Assembly: GCA_040954595.2 (NCBI GenBank)
Contig: CM082594.2
Location: 2,775,319-2,839,318 of the forward strand
Origin: Balanoglossus misakiensis
Taxonomy: Eukaryota > Animalia > Hemichordata
Direction of reading: 5' to 3'
DNA: 64,000 nucleotides
In this document: positions 27,861 through 40,124 of the stretch, piece by piece
Layout of the letters: each line of letters starts with the position of its first letter
Numbering within the stretch: the first letter of the stretch is position 1
Program-made: the position numbers and the translations under genes
Notes under the pieces: model-generated
Databases searched by the model: none
The model's input: the letters and a program-made list of their open reading frames with translations, nothing else
Told to the model about the DNA's origin: nothing

Positions 27861-28863
27861 GAGTGTTCCGTATTCCCAATGGCGTAGCATGGCGTAGTGC
27901 TAGAAAGTTTCACCAACAGCGCCCTCTTAGGGTATAATCTGCGGAACTACAGAAAGTCCCCAGTATCATGCATAACCAGGCACATCGACATAAGTTCCTC
28001 AAAATGACCCGGGGACACTGCATTGCCATCCAGTTCTTCCGTGCCAGTTCACTGCCAGTTCAAACGCATGTACATATTGAGCTCTCGTGAAATCTCGCGA
28101 ATGCCCCCCATATGGAACGGGGACTCTCTTCAGTTGTCAAAATAATAATGAGGCTATAAATCTATAATAACTACTTAAATGAATGGAAGACCTAGCTCAC
28201 TCAGAAATACACAGAATTGCACACCACATGCCATTTGGTTGGTTTATAAAGGAAAGTTATGAATTGTTATAAATGGTGTTTCTTCAAGATACACCTTTCT
28301 GAACAAGATATTACCAAGGAACGTCCATGCTTCTTCTGCTTCGTATCTGGATATTTTTCACAGAATTTTTACTCTAAACGGTTGCTTTTCTAGGCTGTAT
28401 GATGTCAACCTTTCAATTTTCCAACACCTTGACAGCAATAAGTCTTTCACAGTTTAATATTTGCATCATTTTTTGACCATCATAACACACACCCACAGCA
28501 CACTCATAAAAGCACACCCATAGGAACTTGTAAACAAAATTTCAAAGAAATCCAAAAAAATAACTTTTTTATTAGGAAAGACATAAATCACATGGAAATT
28601 ACAATTAGACATTTTACCATTATTTTGACACATCATATTAAGAATGCCCCTAAGACAATGCAAACTGAATTTCAAAGCAATCCAGAAACACATTTTTGAC
28701 AAAATGAAAACAAAATATTGCAAATTTTATAATTTGAACAAATTTACTAAATAACATGCATGTGTAACCCTCCATCAAGTTTCAAAGCAATCAGTGCAGG
28801 CAAATCAATTTCACAGAAGACTGGAAAAAAGTGTAGAAAATATCATCACATCACCCTGGCTTT

Positions 28864-29125
28864 TAGCCTGGTCTCCATTCTAATTATTTTCCACCTAGGC
28901 TATTAGCAACGCCTGGGTCATTGCTCCAGCCAATCAGTAGTGTGTTGCGTAAGGTGATTGACTTGAACAACGTCAGAGTCAAGACCATGTGGTGACCTCG
29001 TTGTCGTGACATCGCATTTTGAGTTCTATTGACATGCAGATCTTCAAAATGGAAGATAGTTGACTGCGTGCCCAGGCCCTGTGTGCGAGTCTATCTAAAG
29101 CACACTGAGTATGGAGACCAGGCTA
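28864..29125. mobile_element. MITE with TAG..CTA ends
   Basis: TIR tagcctggtctccat / atggagaccaggcta; flanks cctggcttt / cattgcttt (7/9 match). Confidence 0.75.
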
Positions 29126-30682
29126 CATTGCTTTTTACAGTAGAGATTGGTGGACAGAGCATGGAGAAATGTCACAGTAGTCAGAAAGATAGAAAGATGA
29201 TTTACTGATACCTCTAATTTTACTCAGGGTGCAAGTACCCTAGGAAAGTGTGTTCCCCTCAAAAGATTTGAGATACATGTATTGTAAACCAGGTTACCAA
29301 ACATATATTGAAACAATCTAATGTGTATGAATTGTGAATGTCTTCTGACAGCTGATATGGTCATATCTTCTTGCCTAAAAACCTTATGCTAAGAACACAT
29401 GCATTATTAACTAAATAAAATATTAAATAATGAGGAAATCATGGGAGAATCAATTCAGTTCAGGTAGATGACAACCCAGATGCACTGTCTATGCAGCTGT
29501 GCATATGAACCAGTACATCACAGTATGCTGTCTTGATAGTCAAATGAACTATATTAAGGTGGGTGCATGACAGCCATACTGGATCATCAGCAAAATAAAT
29601 ACTCTGTAGCTGTATACATCATTGTACATTCTCAAATGAAATTGGCCCATGCATGTCGCTAATGGCTCTTGCCGGACACAGCCTAGGAACAGCCCCCCTG
29701 GACCTTTGTCTTCACAATAATTAAGTTTAAATTGCTATGTCCTGCAGCATATACAGCACCTGATGGAGTTGTTTTCCACAAGATTTCAGATCACAGTTGG
29801 CTAAATATTGTGTTTATACAGCATGCAAATTTTCACCTGATTAGTAAGTTTTTCTTAAAATGTCACAAAATTGTTTGAAATTTACTTAACATTACACAAA
29901 ATCTGTTTTGAGTCTGACATAAGGGTTAAATTCAAAATGTTAAAGAATAAATAACTGTAAAATCTATATTTCAAATAAGTGACACCCTGTGTTTATGGCA
30001 AAAGGATGAAACATATTAAAAAAAAATTATACCCGGAGGAAAATCTACTACAAAGTAAAAAGTGAATTTGTGATACCAGTAGAAAAAAAACACACACAAA
30101 CAAACTGAATCAGCAAGGCTAATTTTTACGTATATGCACATCATAATCTGAAATGTTGGAATGACTGCTCCACTACACCATGCGGCTGTGGTTTGTGTGA
30201 TGATTTAGCGCGTCCACTTTTTCTGAACTTAGCAATTTCTGGCTGACATTTTTCATTTTTCCTGGCATTGCAAGAGTTGCAAGACCTGAATGAACCAGAC
30301 AGAGGTGGTGTCATTGGCAGTGACACAGAAATTGACTAATTTTGGTGAATATCAGGTGGTCAGAACATTACCACAAAGTTGCATTATTTATTGACATATT
30401 TTCTGTTCACAATATCAAATTTTCCGTGGACTACTACACAAAGCAACATTATGTTGTTAAAAAGTGCATTTTTTAACATTTTCATTATTCAACCAACTTC
30501 ACTCGAAGATAATCCCATCAACAATCAAATATTTGTCTATTACACCAACTATCATGGTGATACATGCAATAATTCTGAAGTTTTTGCAGTGGATAGATGA
30601 ACAGGTGGACACACTGATACACAGCTACTTACATTCAGATCCCATAACTCCACTTATATATATGAGGACAGTTAAAGTGCTG

Positions 30683-30953
30683 TTAAAGTCTCTCTCTCGC
30701 TTCCCCTTTTTCCATTATGTTTGATACAAGACACCGTTTATGTCTAGTGAAAAACTCGCCAAAATGAACAATCGGTGTCTACCATTTATTCATTTTGGTG
30801 AGATTTTTACTTTCATATCATACAAAATGGACGAGAGTTGTGTGTGGTCTAACGTTGATTCTCTATATATACTTGTAGAATAAATTAACGGTGTCTTGTA
30901 TCAAACATAATTAATGGAAAAAGGGCAACGAGAGAGAGACTTTGTCCCTTTAA
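30683..30953. mobile_element. Kolobok-like MITE (agggacaaagtctctctctc family)
   Basis: Ends ..gagagagagactttgtccct|ttaa; other copies at 32883-33084, 52543-53527 and 53971-54309. Confidence 0.75.
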
Positions 30954-31134
30954 TCTGGTAATACCATAATTTTGGGGTTCATTCTGAAGAACTAAGTGAA
31001 GAGTGACTTCATTCTGTTCCAATTAAGGAGAGTAAAACTATATAACTGTATAAATACACATATCAACAAAGTTCTCAGAGGGGTTAATGAAAACGCTATG
31101 TTATATATTTCACATGATATTTCTTCCTGGATAC

Positions 31135-34100
31135 CTAAGGATCATAAGCTGGAGGAGGTTCTTGCTTGGTCTCCGTTACAGTGTGTGTTGTGGTGTGAGA
31201 TTCCACTGGGGCTTCACCCGCTGGAGTACGCACTCCACCTCTCCAATCACGGAAGAGGAAGAAGCCTTCAATTCCATAGGCAATCAATGCAAAGAATCCA
31301 AAGACCTAGAGAAAATAGAGTGAGTTTGATAACATTCATTAGTTTAAGTTATTTTGCTCACTTCAATATGAAATACTAGGTCATGCTGCAAAGGATAGGG
31401 GTCACATGGCTTATTTGGATCAAAGGAAATTGCTGGTAAAACTAAAACATATAGAGTGTCTTTTTATTCAGAAATTTGTGATTTGAGATGCAGGCAAGCC
31501 GCTGATATCGCCAAAATATCTGGTGTGTTAACTGTAGTCGGCCGAGTGACGTATTATAAATCCTGATCTACAACACATGGACAGGTTGCCACAGCCCAAT
31601 CATCCCTTCACATCAAATAATGAGTAGCTGATTCTTGTTACCAAAATAGCAAGTATTATGCCAAAAGTACAGTATTGATTGCCTAATTACAAACAATTAT
31701 GAAAATAAATTTGCACACAGGTAATTGGCATGAAACATACCAGCATAATCTTAACTAGGTTACCTCAATTTTTGTACAATAATTTTCGAGGCTAACTATT
31801 ACTATACGGCAATATAACATTTCCAGAAGTTTCCCCCATACATACATTGGACCTTGCAACTATCCTACTGAGAATAAGATAATAACTTACAGCAGCAGCT
31901 TCATGTGCAGCAGCACCATATGAATATGCAGCAACAAAAGATGATGAGATGATGTAAAACAGACATGCTCCACAACAGTAGAAGAATTCCTAGAATAAAA
32001 AATGTTGAATATTGTAAATGACTTCGTTTCAAACAATGATCATTGAAGATATGGCTGCCACATAGTAAAACAGTGCTTATACCAGATGTGTACTGAACGT
32101 GTACGTGGGAGAGGGATAGATCAAAAATCGCGTCAAGGACACAGTGGTTCAATTGAGTGATTACACAAGAAAAAGTCTACACCGAAGTACATGGCCATAT
32201 ACAGACAGACACACACACACACACACATAGCAAGAGATCAATGGGCAAGCACTGACTGACCCATAAGCTGCCAATGGCATATGTACTGTACATATACTAA
32301 ATACTGTAAAACACTTTATTTTCGCAAGCAATAAATTTACGCGAAATACGCGAGAGCCAAAATAACGTGAAAATAAAAAGTCGCGTAATTTTTTTTGAAG
32401 ATAACGATACAGTGAATGAAATAAGAGAACGCGAAAATTAATACTCGCGAAACAGTGGCCTCTCTCGATATCGCGAAAATTTTGACTCGCGAAAATAAAG
32501 TGTTTTACAGTAGAACAGCTGGCCTCTTTAAAACTTAGCTAGTTATGTAATCATTCAAGAATTTGCTGTGTATATAAACAACTCAATAAAGTAAATACAC
32601 ACCACTTCGCAAAGCAATCTGACCAGTGTAGTTCTTGAGTTACTGAGTTTTGACTTAATTCACATTTTTCCAGCTAATTTGCATATTTTTGGCAATGACA
32701 ACTTCATTTGAACAAACTCCCATCTACAGCCCAGCCTGCATCTGCACACCAAATATCAAGGTGATACACGCAGTGGTTTTCAAGTTTTTGATGTGGACGG
32801 ACATACAGACATACAGACATACATCCATACAGACGCAACCGATCCCATAAGGTCCCATGGTAAAAACCAATGGGACCTAAAAACTCGCCAAAATGAATAA
32901 CCAGTCTCTACCATTTATTCATTTTGGGCGAGTTTTTACTCTCATATCATACAAGCAGGGTGGAAGTTGCATGTGGTTGAACATTCATTCACTACATATC
33001 CACATGTAGAATAACATAAACAGTCTCTTGTATCAAACATAATTAATGGGAAAAGGGTAGCAAGAGAGAGACTTTGTCCCTTTAAGGATTATAAAAATGC
33101 AAGTAAAAAAAATATCCATGGGGTGCATGAGAACCAGAACCAGAAACATAAACACCATTGATACATCAACCAACTGAACTACTAACTTACAATCATGATC
33201 CAAGGTACTGGTATTCTGTAGATAACCTTTGTCATGTAGAAGACAATGAGAGTAAGTGTGGTCCAGAAACAGAACATAGTGACAAATTGATGAAATCTGT
33301 ATGCTGACCAATGTGACCAATACCATGGTCCTGATGTCACACAGATAAATGCAATAAGAGACAGGACCTGCATTGGAAAGAAGCAAAGCAAAACATTAGT
33401 TAAATGATGTCACTGATATGATTTGTAATATTGGCAACAATCTGTCAGTGCTTGTGCACATTTGAGATCTATTTTTTTTTTGCAACCTTGCTCACTTTTT
33501 GCATTATAATGTTTAATATTTTGATTTAAATTGATTGATTCTTTTCTGTTCACTGAAATATGCCTATTTAAAGCCTCATGAGCTGCAACTTTTGGAATAT
33601 TATCATCAGGGCTTGCGTACAGGGCACCGCACCGGCCAACCTTGACCAATTCTGCTCACTTGGAATAGAAGGCAACCCGGCAAGAAAACAAAGGTTAGAC
33701 ACAGAGAAAAACATAATTATATGTGCAGACCGAATTGTATTCACTACAGTCTAGTACTGTGTGGATAGTTTCAGTTCAGTAGCTCATGGTTATGCCAAGT
33801 GTTTGTGTATTGGACTGGTTTTGCATCCAACACACACCCCAAGGCAAAACCTACTGACATTCAGTTGACAACAAAAGTGGGCGTGTCCGTGTGTGGGTGT
33901 GGCATTTTAAACCGACTTCTGCAAAATATTTTGGCGTTTAACAGTGCGAAATAGTTTTTGATTTGTTACAAACATTCCAGTCATGAGCCAATGGTCTTGT
34001 GAATTTATGAATGTGTCCATTGTTGAGTGAAAGTGAGTCAGTGAAAAACAGTAAACGTACTGTTGTAGCTTGTACAGACCTTCACTGTTTTTACCGATGT

Positions 34101-34300
34101 GCCGAGGATGGCAGGATGTACAATGAACAATACATATCGCAGCACCGATCGGCGATTTTAAAACGTATATTTGCCGTACTTACACACTGGATTATCTTCA
34201 AGATGCCCCGTATAGTTTTGACGTACAGTAAATCACATGTTATGGCGGGTTGGACTCGAGTAGTGCTGGTCGTCGTCACAGTGGTGCTGGTCGCCTCCAT
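31135..34300 (-). CDS. MARVEL-domain membrane protein (CMTM/plasmolipin-like), 187 aa, 4 exons
   Basis: Exons 34300-34184, 33367-33191, 31989-31891, 31305-31135; all introns GT-AG, phase 0. Joined protein MEATSTT..YVKTIRGILKIIQC|VLSLIAFICV..FVTMFCFWTTLTLIVFY..PWIMI|EFFYCCGACLFYIISSSFVA..AAA|VFGFFALIAYGIEGFFLFRDW..PPPAYDP* has four hydrophobic helices and the GxLKxxQ, PW and AAAxFGF hallmarks of MARVEL proteins. Confidence 0.9.
32229..32885 (-). mobile_element. Helentron/DINE-like non-autonomous element (HINE) in MARVEL intron 2
   Basis: Terminal hairpin ggtcccatggtaaaaaccaatgggacc next to a (GACA/TACA)n microsatellite; cccataag repeated near both ends. Confidence 0.5.
32304..32510. mobile_element. 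Tc1/mariner-like MITE with TA TSD
   Basis: ta|ctgtaaaacactttattttcgc..gcgaaaataaagtgttttacag|ta; relatives at 46971-47125 and 59127-59308. Confidence 0.85.
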
Positions 34301-34624
34301 CTTGCGTTACTGAAGGATTTACACTCAAATTTGCTCGAGCACTTGTTTTGAAGAGTCGCACCTCAGACCACTTTCACTCACTACCTCAGACGTTTAAAAA
34401 TCAGAGTGCTGTGTACACAAAATATCGTGCTGTATCCGAGTGTTAAATTGCAGACGTTTCAAACGGAAAAAAGCTTCCAAGCTGAAAGCAATATTTCTTC
34501 CGTTTATTCACCAAATTACCATACGTCAAGTCGTTTGAGGTCACCCACATGTCACGTGACCTATCAAAAGGCGAAAGTACATCGCCGCTAGTGGCGCTGT
34601 CACTTCCGTTTCCAATAAGCCAAA
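34301..34624. promoter_or_regulatory. Bidirectional promoter region between the MARVEL gene and MED10
   Basis: 324 bp between divergent ATGs; CpG-enriched; GTCACGTGAC (34551-34560), CTCF-like ccgctagtggcgct (34585-34598), ETS cacttccg (34601), YY1-like aaaatggcg at the MED10 start. Confidence 0.7.
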
Positions 34625-37600
34625 ATGGCGACGCACGACAAATTTGAACAGATCGAACAGAATCTGGAAATGTTCATTGAGAACACTCGACAAATGGGGA
34701 TTATTGTTAGTGATTTCCAACCTCAAGGACAGAATGTACTTAATCAAAAAATGTAAGTCTAAAAGCGATCTTAGTGATCCACTGACCCTACGCGTCCGTA
34801 CCGTCCTACTGGTGCCAGTGTTGTTCAGCTACAAGACAGACCCACTCTTGATGGTCGAGAAAATATCGGATTCCCGTAGAAGATTTCACGCATTATGAAA
34901 ACCCCGCCAGTGTACTTAACATAATGCTTACCTTGAATGCATGATACGTGCAGCATGCATACTAAAATAAAATAAATATTTTTTTTTTACAGTCTTCATA
35001 TGGTAACAGGAATGCAAGAGATTGAAAAGTGTAGGAGCAACGTCCAAGATGTTCATGTACCACTGGAAGTTTTTGAGTAAGTTTTGTTAACAAAGCAATA
35101 CCAGATTTTCCATCATATTTCCTGTTGGTCACTTGCCATCAACGGAGGCTTGCCCAGTCATGCACATGTGTGCCAGATTTACAAAAGAAATGCCACAACA
35201 GTTGTACCATTACTCAAGTTCCCAGCCTGGATGCACACTCAACTGGGAGCACCAGCAGACAGTGGTATATGTTGTGGTAAACTGCTATATATGTCTATAC
35301 AGGTGATTATTAAAATGAGCATAATTTATGCAAAGAAGTTAATTATTTGATGAGACTTGTACAGTCTTATAGAGTGGATATGTGTGTATCAAACCTGGTA
35401 TGTGACTTGGATGCACACTCAACTGGGAGCACCAGCAGACAGTGGTATATTTTGTGGTAAACTGCTATATATGTCTATACAGGTGATTATTAAAATGAGC
35501 ATAATTTATGCAAAGAAGTTAATTATTTGATGAGACTTGTACAGTCTTATAGAGTGGATATGTGTGTATCAAAGCTGGTATGTGACTTGGATGCACACTC
35601 AACTGGGAGCACCAGCAGACAGTGGTATATTTTGTGGTAAACTGCTATATATGTCTATACAGGTGATTATTAAAATGAGCATAATTTATGCAAAGAAGTT
35701 AATTATTTGATGAGACTTGTACAGTCTTATAGAGTGGATATGTGTGTATCAAAGCTGGTATGTGACTTGGATGCACACTCAACTGGGAGCACCAGCAGAC
35801 AGTGGTATATTTTGTGGTAAACTGCTATATATGTCTATTCAGGTGATTATTAAAATGAGCATAATTTATGCAAAGAAGTTAATTATTTGATGAGACTTGT
35901 ACAGTCTTATAGAGTGGATATGTGTGTATCAAACCTGGTATGTGAGTTGGATGCACACTCAATTTGAAACGGCAGCAGACAAACATTTCATAGGCAAAAA
36001 GGTTTGGAAATTAGGCTGTTTAAGGTGCTCATTAAAATAGCCATAATTTATGCAAAGAAGTTAATTTTTGAATGGTATATGTATATTGTGATAGCATGTA
36101 TATATGTGCATTAGACATGGTATGTGAAATTGATGCACACTCATTTTGAAATGGTAGAAGACATTTGGAAATTAGGCTGTAGTTATACCTTCATGCTGGT
36201 ACATGTATATCGATGAAGTTAAAAGCGCCCTCACACTTTACACAGTGTTTATCAAGGAAGTCATGTTTTGCTGTCGGAAATGATGTACCGTCGCGGTTAT
36301 TTATCATATTCAGGAAAATACCGGATATTTTAATCGTCAACAGTCTAATAGGGGTAATGTGTCTGTCCTGTGTTCGAAATTGAAGTTTAAAAGTGTATTT
36401 CGAGTTTTGTCTGCTGCGATCCCCGCCAGAGTTTTGTCTGCTGGGTTTTGTCTGCCCACTTCAGCCGAGTGCCTGTATGATCGATTCCTCTTATTTTAGT
36501 GAGGTGCTCACTCCCTACTCAGTCCGATGTTTGTCATTTTTACAGATACATAGACCAGGGAAGAAATCCACAGCTATATACCAAAGATTGCATGGAGAAA
36601 GCCCTTGCGAAAAATGAGCAAGTCAAAGGAAAAATTGATACATTTAGGGTAGGTACATGTACATGCAGTATATTTTGACACATTATTATCATGCCATGGT
36701 TAATGTTTTAAAGGGGAAGTTGGCTTTTCATGAATTATCTGTCGAACCCAGAAGGAACTTCCCCCTTGACTGTTTTTTGTCAGAGTAGTAAATCATGTAG
36801 TAAATGAAGGAACTTCCCCCTTGACTGTTTTTTGTCAGAGTAGTAAATCATGTAGTAAATGAAGGAACTTCCCCCCTTGACTGTTTTTTGTCAGAGTAGT
36901 AAATCATGTAGTAAATGATTTACTACTCTGACAGAAACAGTCAAGGGGGAAGTTCCTTCTGGGTTCAACTGAAAATTCATGAAAAGCTAACTAATGACAT
37001 GCAAATACTGTGTATTGATATACAGTTATTAATTGGATTGCATATACACATTTGAAAGTCATCTCCACAAGTGTATTTTGAAGGGTGGCTCTAATTTGCC
37101 AAGTCCACCCTCTACTTTAGAAGATATCAGTTCAGTTGGTAATAAATAACCATAAATAAAAAAAGTGGGGATAAGAGAATCACTACAATTTGCAAATGAC
37201 AATATTGATAGTCTTGACAAATTTAGGCTGTGGACAATACCACTTTACAATTAATTTAACCCTAACGCTGCCAAGTCAGTATGAACTGGTTTGATTTCCA
37301 GGGTGCCTAGAATCCGGGCTCCCAGGCCCGTTAGGCTGCCAAGTGTGTGTTAATCAGTAGGGCCTATACATGACCCTCAGACCAATACAGTACAAACCAG
37401 TACGATTTGGTACATTTTTCAGGGGGCTCAGACTGCCAAGTGTGTCTAAGTACGTATGAGAGCCATGTCAAGACAGTCAAAATACGTTTCAGAAGAAAAA
37501 GTGGCAAATACGTATTTTAAGGGACTTGACACTCTAACCAGATATGACCCCCGGTAGCAATAGGGTTAAATCCACATCAGATTGAGTGTCATGGCAAAGT

Positions 37601-37746
37601 GAGATATTTTTTGCTTACAAATGCTTTTGTTGTCTTTGCAGAGATTCAAAACGCAGCTTGTACATGAATTGGGTAAAATGTTCCCAGAAGAAATGGACAG
37701 ATACAAGACTTTAAGAGACTCTGATAGACAACCTACGAATACATGA
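34625..37746 (+). CDS. MED10: Mediator of RNA polymerase II transcription subunit 10, 139 aa, 4 exons
   Basis: Exons 34625-34752, 34993-35076, 36546-36648, 37642-37746 (420 nt, GT-AG). Protein MATHDKFEQIEQNLEMFIENTRQMGIIVSDFQPQGQNVLNQKI..VPLEVFEYIDQGRNPQLYTKDCMEKALAKNEQVKGKID..FPEEM is recognisably MED10. Confidence 0.96.
35229..36150. repeat. 180-bp tandem repeat in MED10 intron 2: 4 near-identical copies plus a degenerate fifth
   Basis: ggatgcacactcaa at 35229, 35409, 35589, 35769, 35949. Confidence 0.93.
36711..36992. mobile_element. Palindromic Kolobok-like MITE with internal triplication
   Basis: Starts ttaa|aggggaagttggcttttcatgaa; arm gaaggaacttcccccttgactgttttttgtcagagtagtaaatc occurs 3 times (~56 bp), then the inverted arm; right terminus eroded. 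Confidence 0.7.
37260..37565. mobile_element. piggyBac-like MITE
   Basis: ttaa|ccct..aggg|ttaa; reverse-orientation copies at 45518-45711 (partial) and 56292-57823. Confidence 0.8.
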
Positions 37747-39112
37747 TATATTTTACAAGTTGCTATCCTATCAGGACTGATCTGATCAAGGAAGACAATT
37801 GCTGTGAATGTTTCATGCTTCTCCTAACAGATTTCATGAGGATTTAGCAGACTACAAAATGCCAGTGGCTCACATAAGCTGTCTCTTGGCTTTTTTCAGT
37901 CTTGAGCTGTGAAAATCTAAATTCAGCTTTCATGGGATAACGTGGGCTTGGAGTTTTTAAGTGCATGGAACTACAAGGAGTTTATTATTAACAAGTTGTT
38001 ATTAAGGACCGTAGTCCCCAATGGATTAAGCCTGTGAACCTGACTCGGACAAAAATTCTGAATGATTTCAAAGGTCACCGGGGGTCATGATGTAAAGGAG
38101 GTCACTTTGGAATGAAATTACCGTATGTGGTGTTCACACAGGGATCATTGAAATGTTCCTGAAACATCTCAGCTCAGATACTGGCATAAAATATTGTGTG
38201 TGGATGCTTCAAGTGGTCCTGGAGTGTTTCAGAATTGAGATGGCTTTGCCAACCAGACCTGAGCCGGTGTAAGGATTAACACGTATCCGCAAGGCGCTGT
38301 CTACGGGACGGAGCTGATTGAACTTTGTGCGTTAGGACACAGAGTGACTTAAGAAAGGCTGACAGTCTCTAACAAAATACATGCTTCATCTTCAGTTTTT
38401 CATCTAGACAGGGGAACTTTGTCTGCTTATGAATAAACATGATTGTATACTCAGTCTAAGTTGTGCTCAATTCACATCTTTATTCTCTGATAAATTTTCA
38501 AAGCGAACCAGTCCATAACATTAAGCCCCATTTCCTCTAGGCCACAATGGTAATGTTGAGCTTAATATTCCCTTTTTTCTAAAAAAAAAATCAGTCCTCA
38601 GGCTCAATATCCAAGTGCTGGAGTCTGTGGGTACGGTTGTTAAACCTGGACTCAAGTAGCGCCCCCTGTGTTAACTTTACAAAAAAAATCCCCTTCAAAA
38701 CATTGCAAGACAATCCTCTCCAAAAATGCCGAATCCATGATGAATCTTATAAGTCATCAATCTGTTCTCAAATAGTCTTTTTATATATTTTTGGGACTGG
38801 AACATTTATTTTATGAAAATCTGTGTACTGAGGTGAAATCCGAGCCAGTGGGAAAAACAGACGAGACAGTCTAGTTGTGATCAAACTTTCTGAGAATGGA
38901 ATTGTTCTTTTAGCTTTGTCTGTACACAGTTCTTGAATCTAAGTCTGCATGAGGTGTATGGAAACAAGTTAAACATACATCATGAAATTTTAATTTATAA
39001 TTTTCATTCAACACTAGAAAAATACTACAAATAATAAGGTTGTACATATAGTGCTGAAATGTTGTCTTTACACACATACCATACCATAATCTTCTATGAA
39101 AAAAATAATTAA

Positions 39113-39525
39113 GGATGTACGCGCAGAACATAAACCGGAAACAGTGCGCGCCCGGTCTTTTTCGCATAGGATTACATTGAAAATTGCTAGAAAACAAACT
39201 TCTACTATTGTCATTTTCACGAAATTTTACAAATAGCTCAGTCCAGCAAATATAAATTCATTGGTCAAATAAAATATAGGGGTCACCGCGCTCTATTTTT
39301 AGATAAATTGCGTCAAAAATTTTGCCCATAGACAAACCATTGGTGGAAAATGCTGAGTCAGCAGTTTTCTTCTATTATCGACTAAATTCATGGCTCTTTA
39401 TTTCAAAAACAAGCGCGGTGACCCCTATATTTTATTACGGATTTTCATTATACATACAAAGGAGAATCCAAAAATCCACAATTAAAAAAAATGACAATAC
39501 TTTCAATTTTACTGAACGTACATCC
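39113..39525. mobile_element. Kolobok-like MITE
   Basis: ttaa|ggatgtacg..cgtacatcc|ttaa; internal inverted ataggggtcaccgcgc / gcgcggtgacccctat. Confidence 0.8.
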
Positions 39526-39777
39526 TTAAATGGCAAACACTACTTAGAGTGGGGGACATTGTTGAAACTACACTAATCTTGTACAGTAAAAATGTTCTAT
39601 TTCTAAATAAACTGATTTACATTGTTCACGACAAGCAAGTCAAAATAGGCTACCTACAAAATGTCAGTCAGTTTGAAAATGTACACCATGTCACATACTT
39701 TGTTGTTCTAAAACATCGAACTTGACATCTGCGTACAGTGCCCAAGATGGAACATGTTTCTTGAGGTGGACACATGA

Positions 39778-39933
39778 TAGACTCTTTCACAGCCCCTCTC
39801 GCCGTCCATGCAGGCTTATAGTCTGATTGCATGTGTCGCCACACAACACCATATGGGGCTTCTCCATTGCTAAACGGTTGAGGGTGCATCAGTGAAGAGC
39901 CTTGTAGCGAACCGTGGGCTGTGAGAGCGTCTA
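39778..39933. mobile_element. MITE with TAG..CTA ends and perfect 9-bp TSD
   Basis: TSD gacacatga at 39769-39777 and 39934-39942; paralog of 10408-10541. Confidence 0.88.
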
Positions 39934-40124
39934 GACACATGAATGCATAAGCATTTCTAGAGGGGCACATAACAGATCCTTTCTCAGTAACCTCTGACCT
40001 TTTTATTAGAAACAAAAAGTCCAGACGCACTGCACGAATCTCTTTTGATCATACATCATTTGATACAAGTCTTCTATCTGCTCCTTTACATATTTACACG
40101 ACAATAAAAGTCCTAGATCATGTG

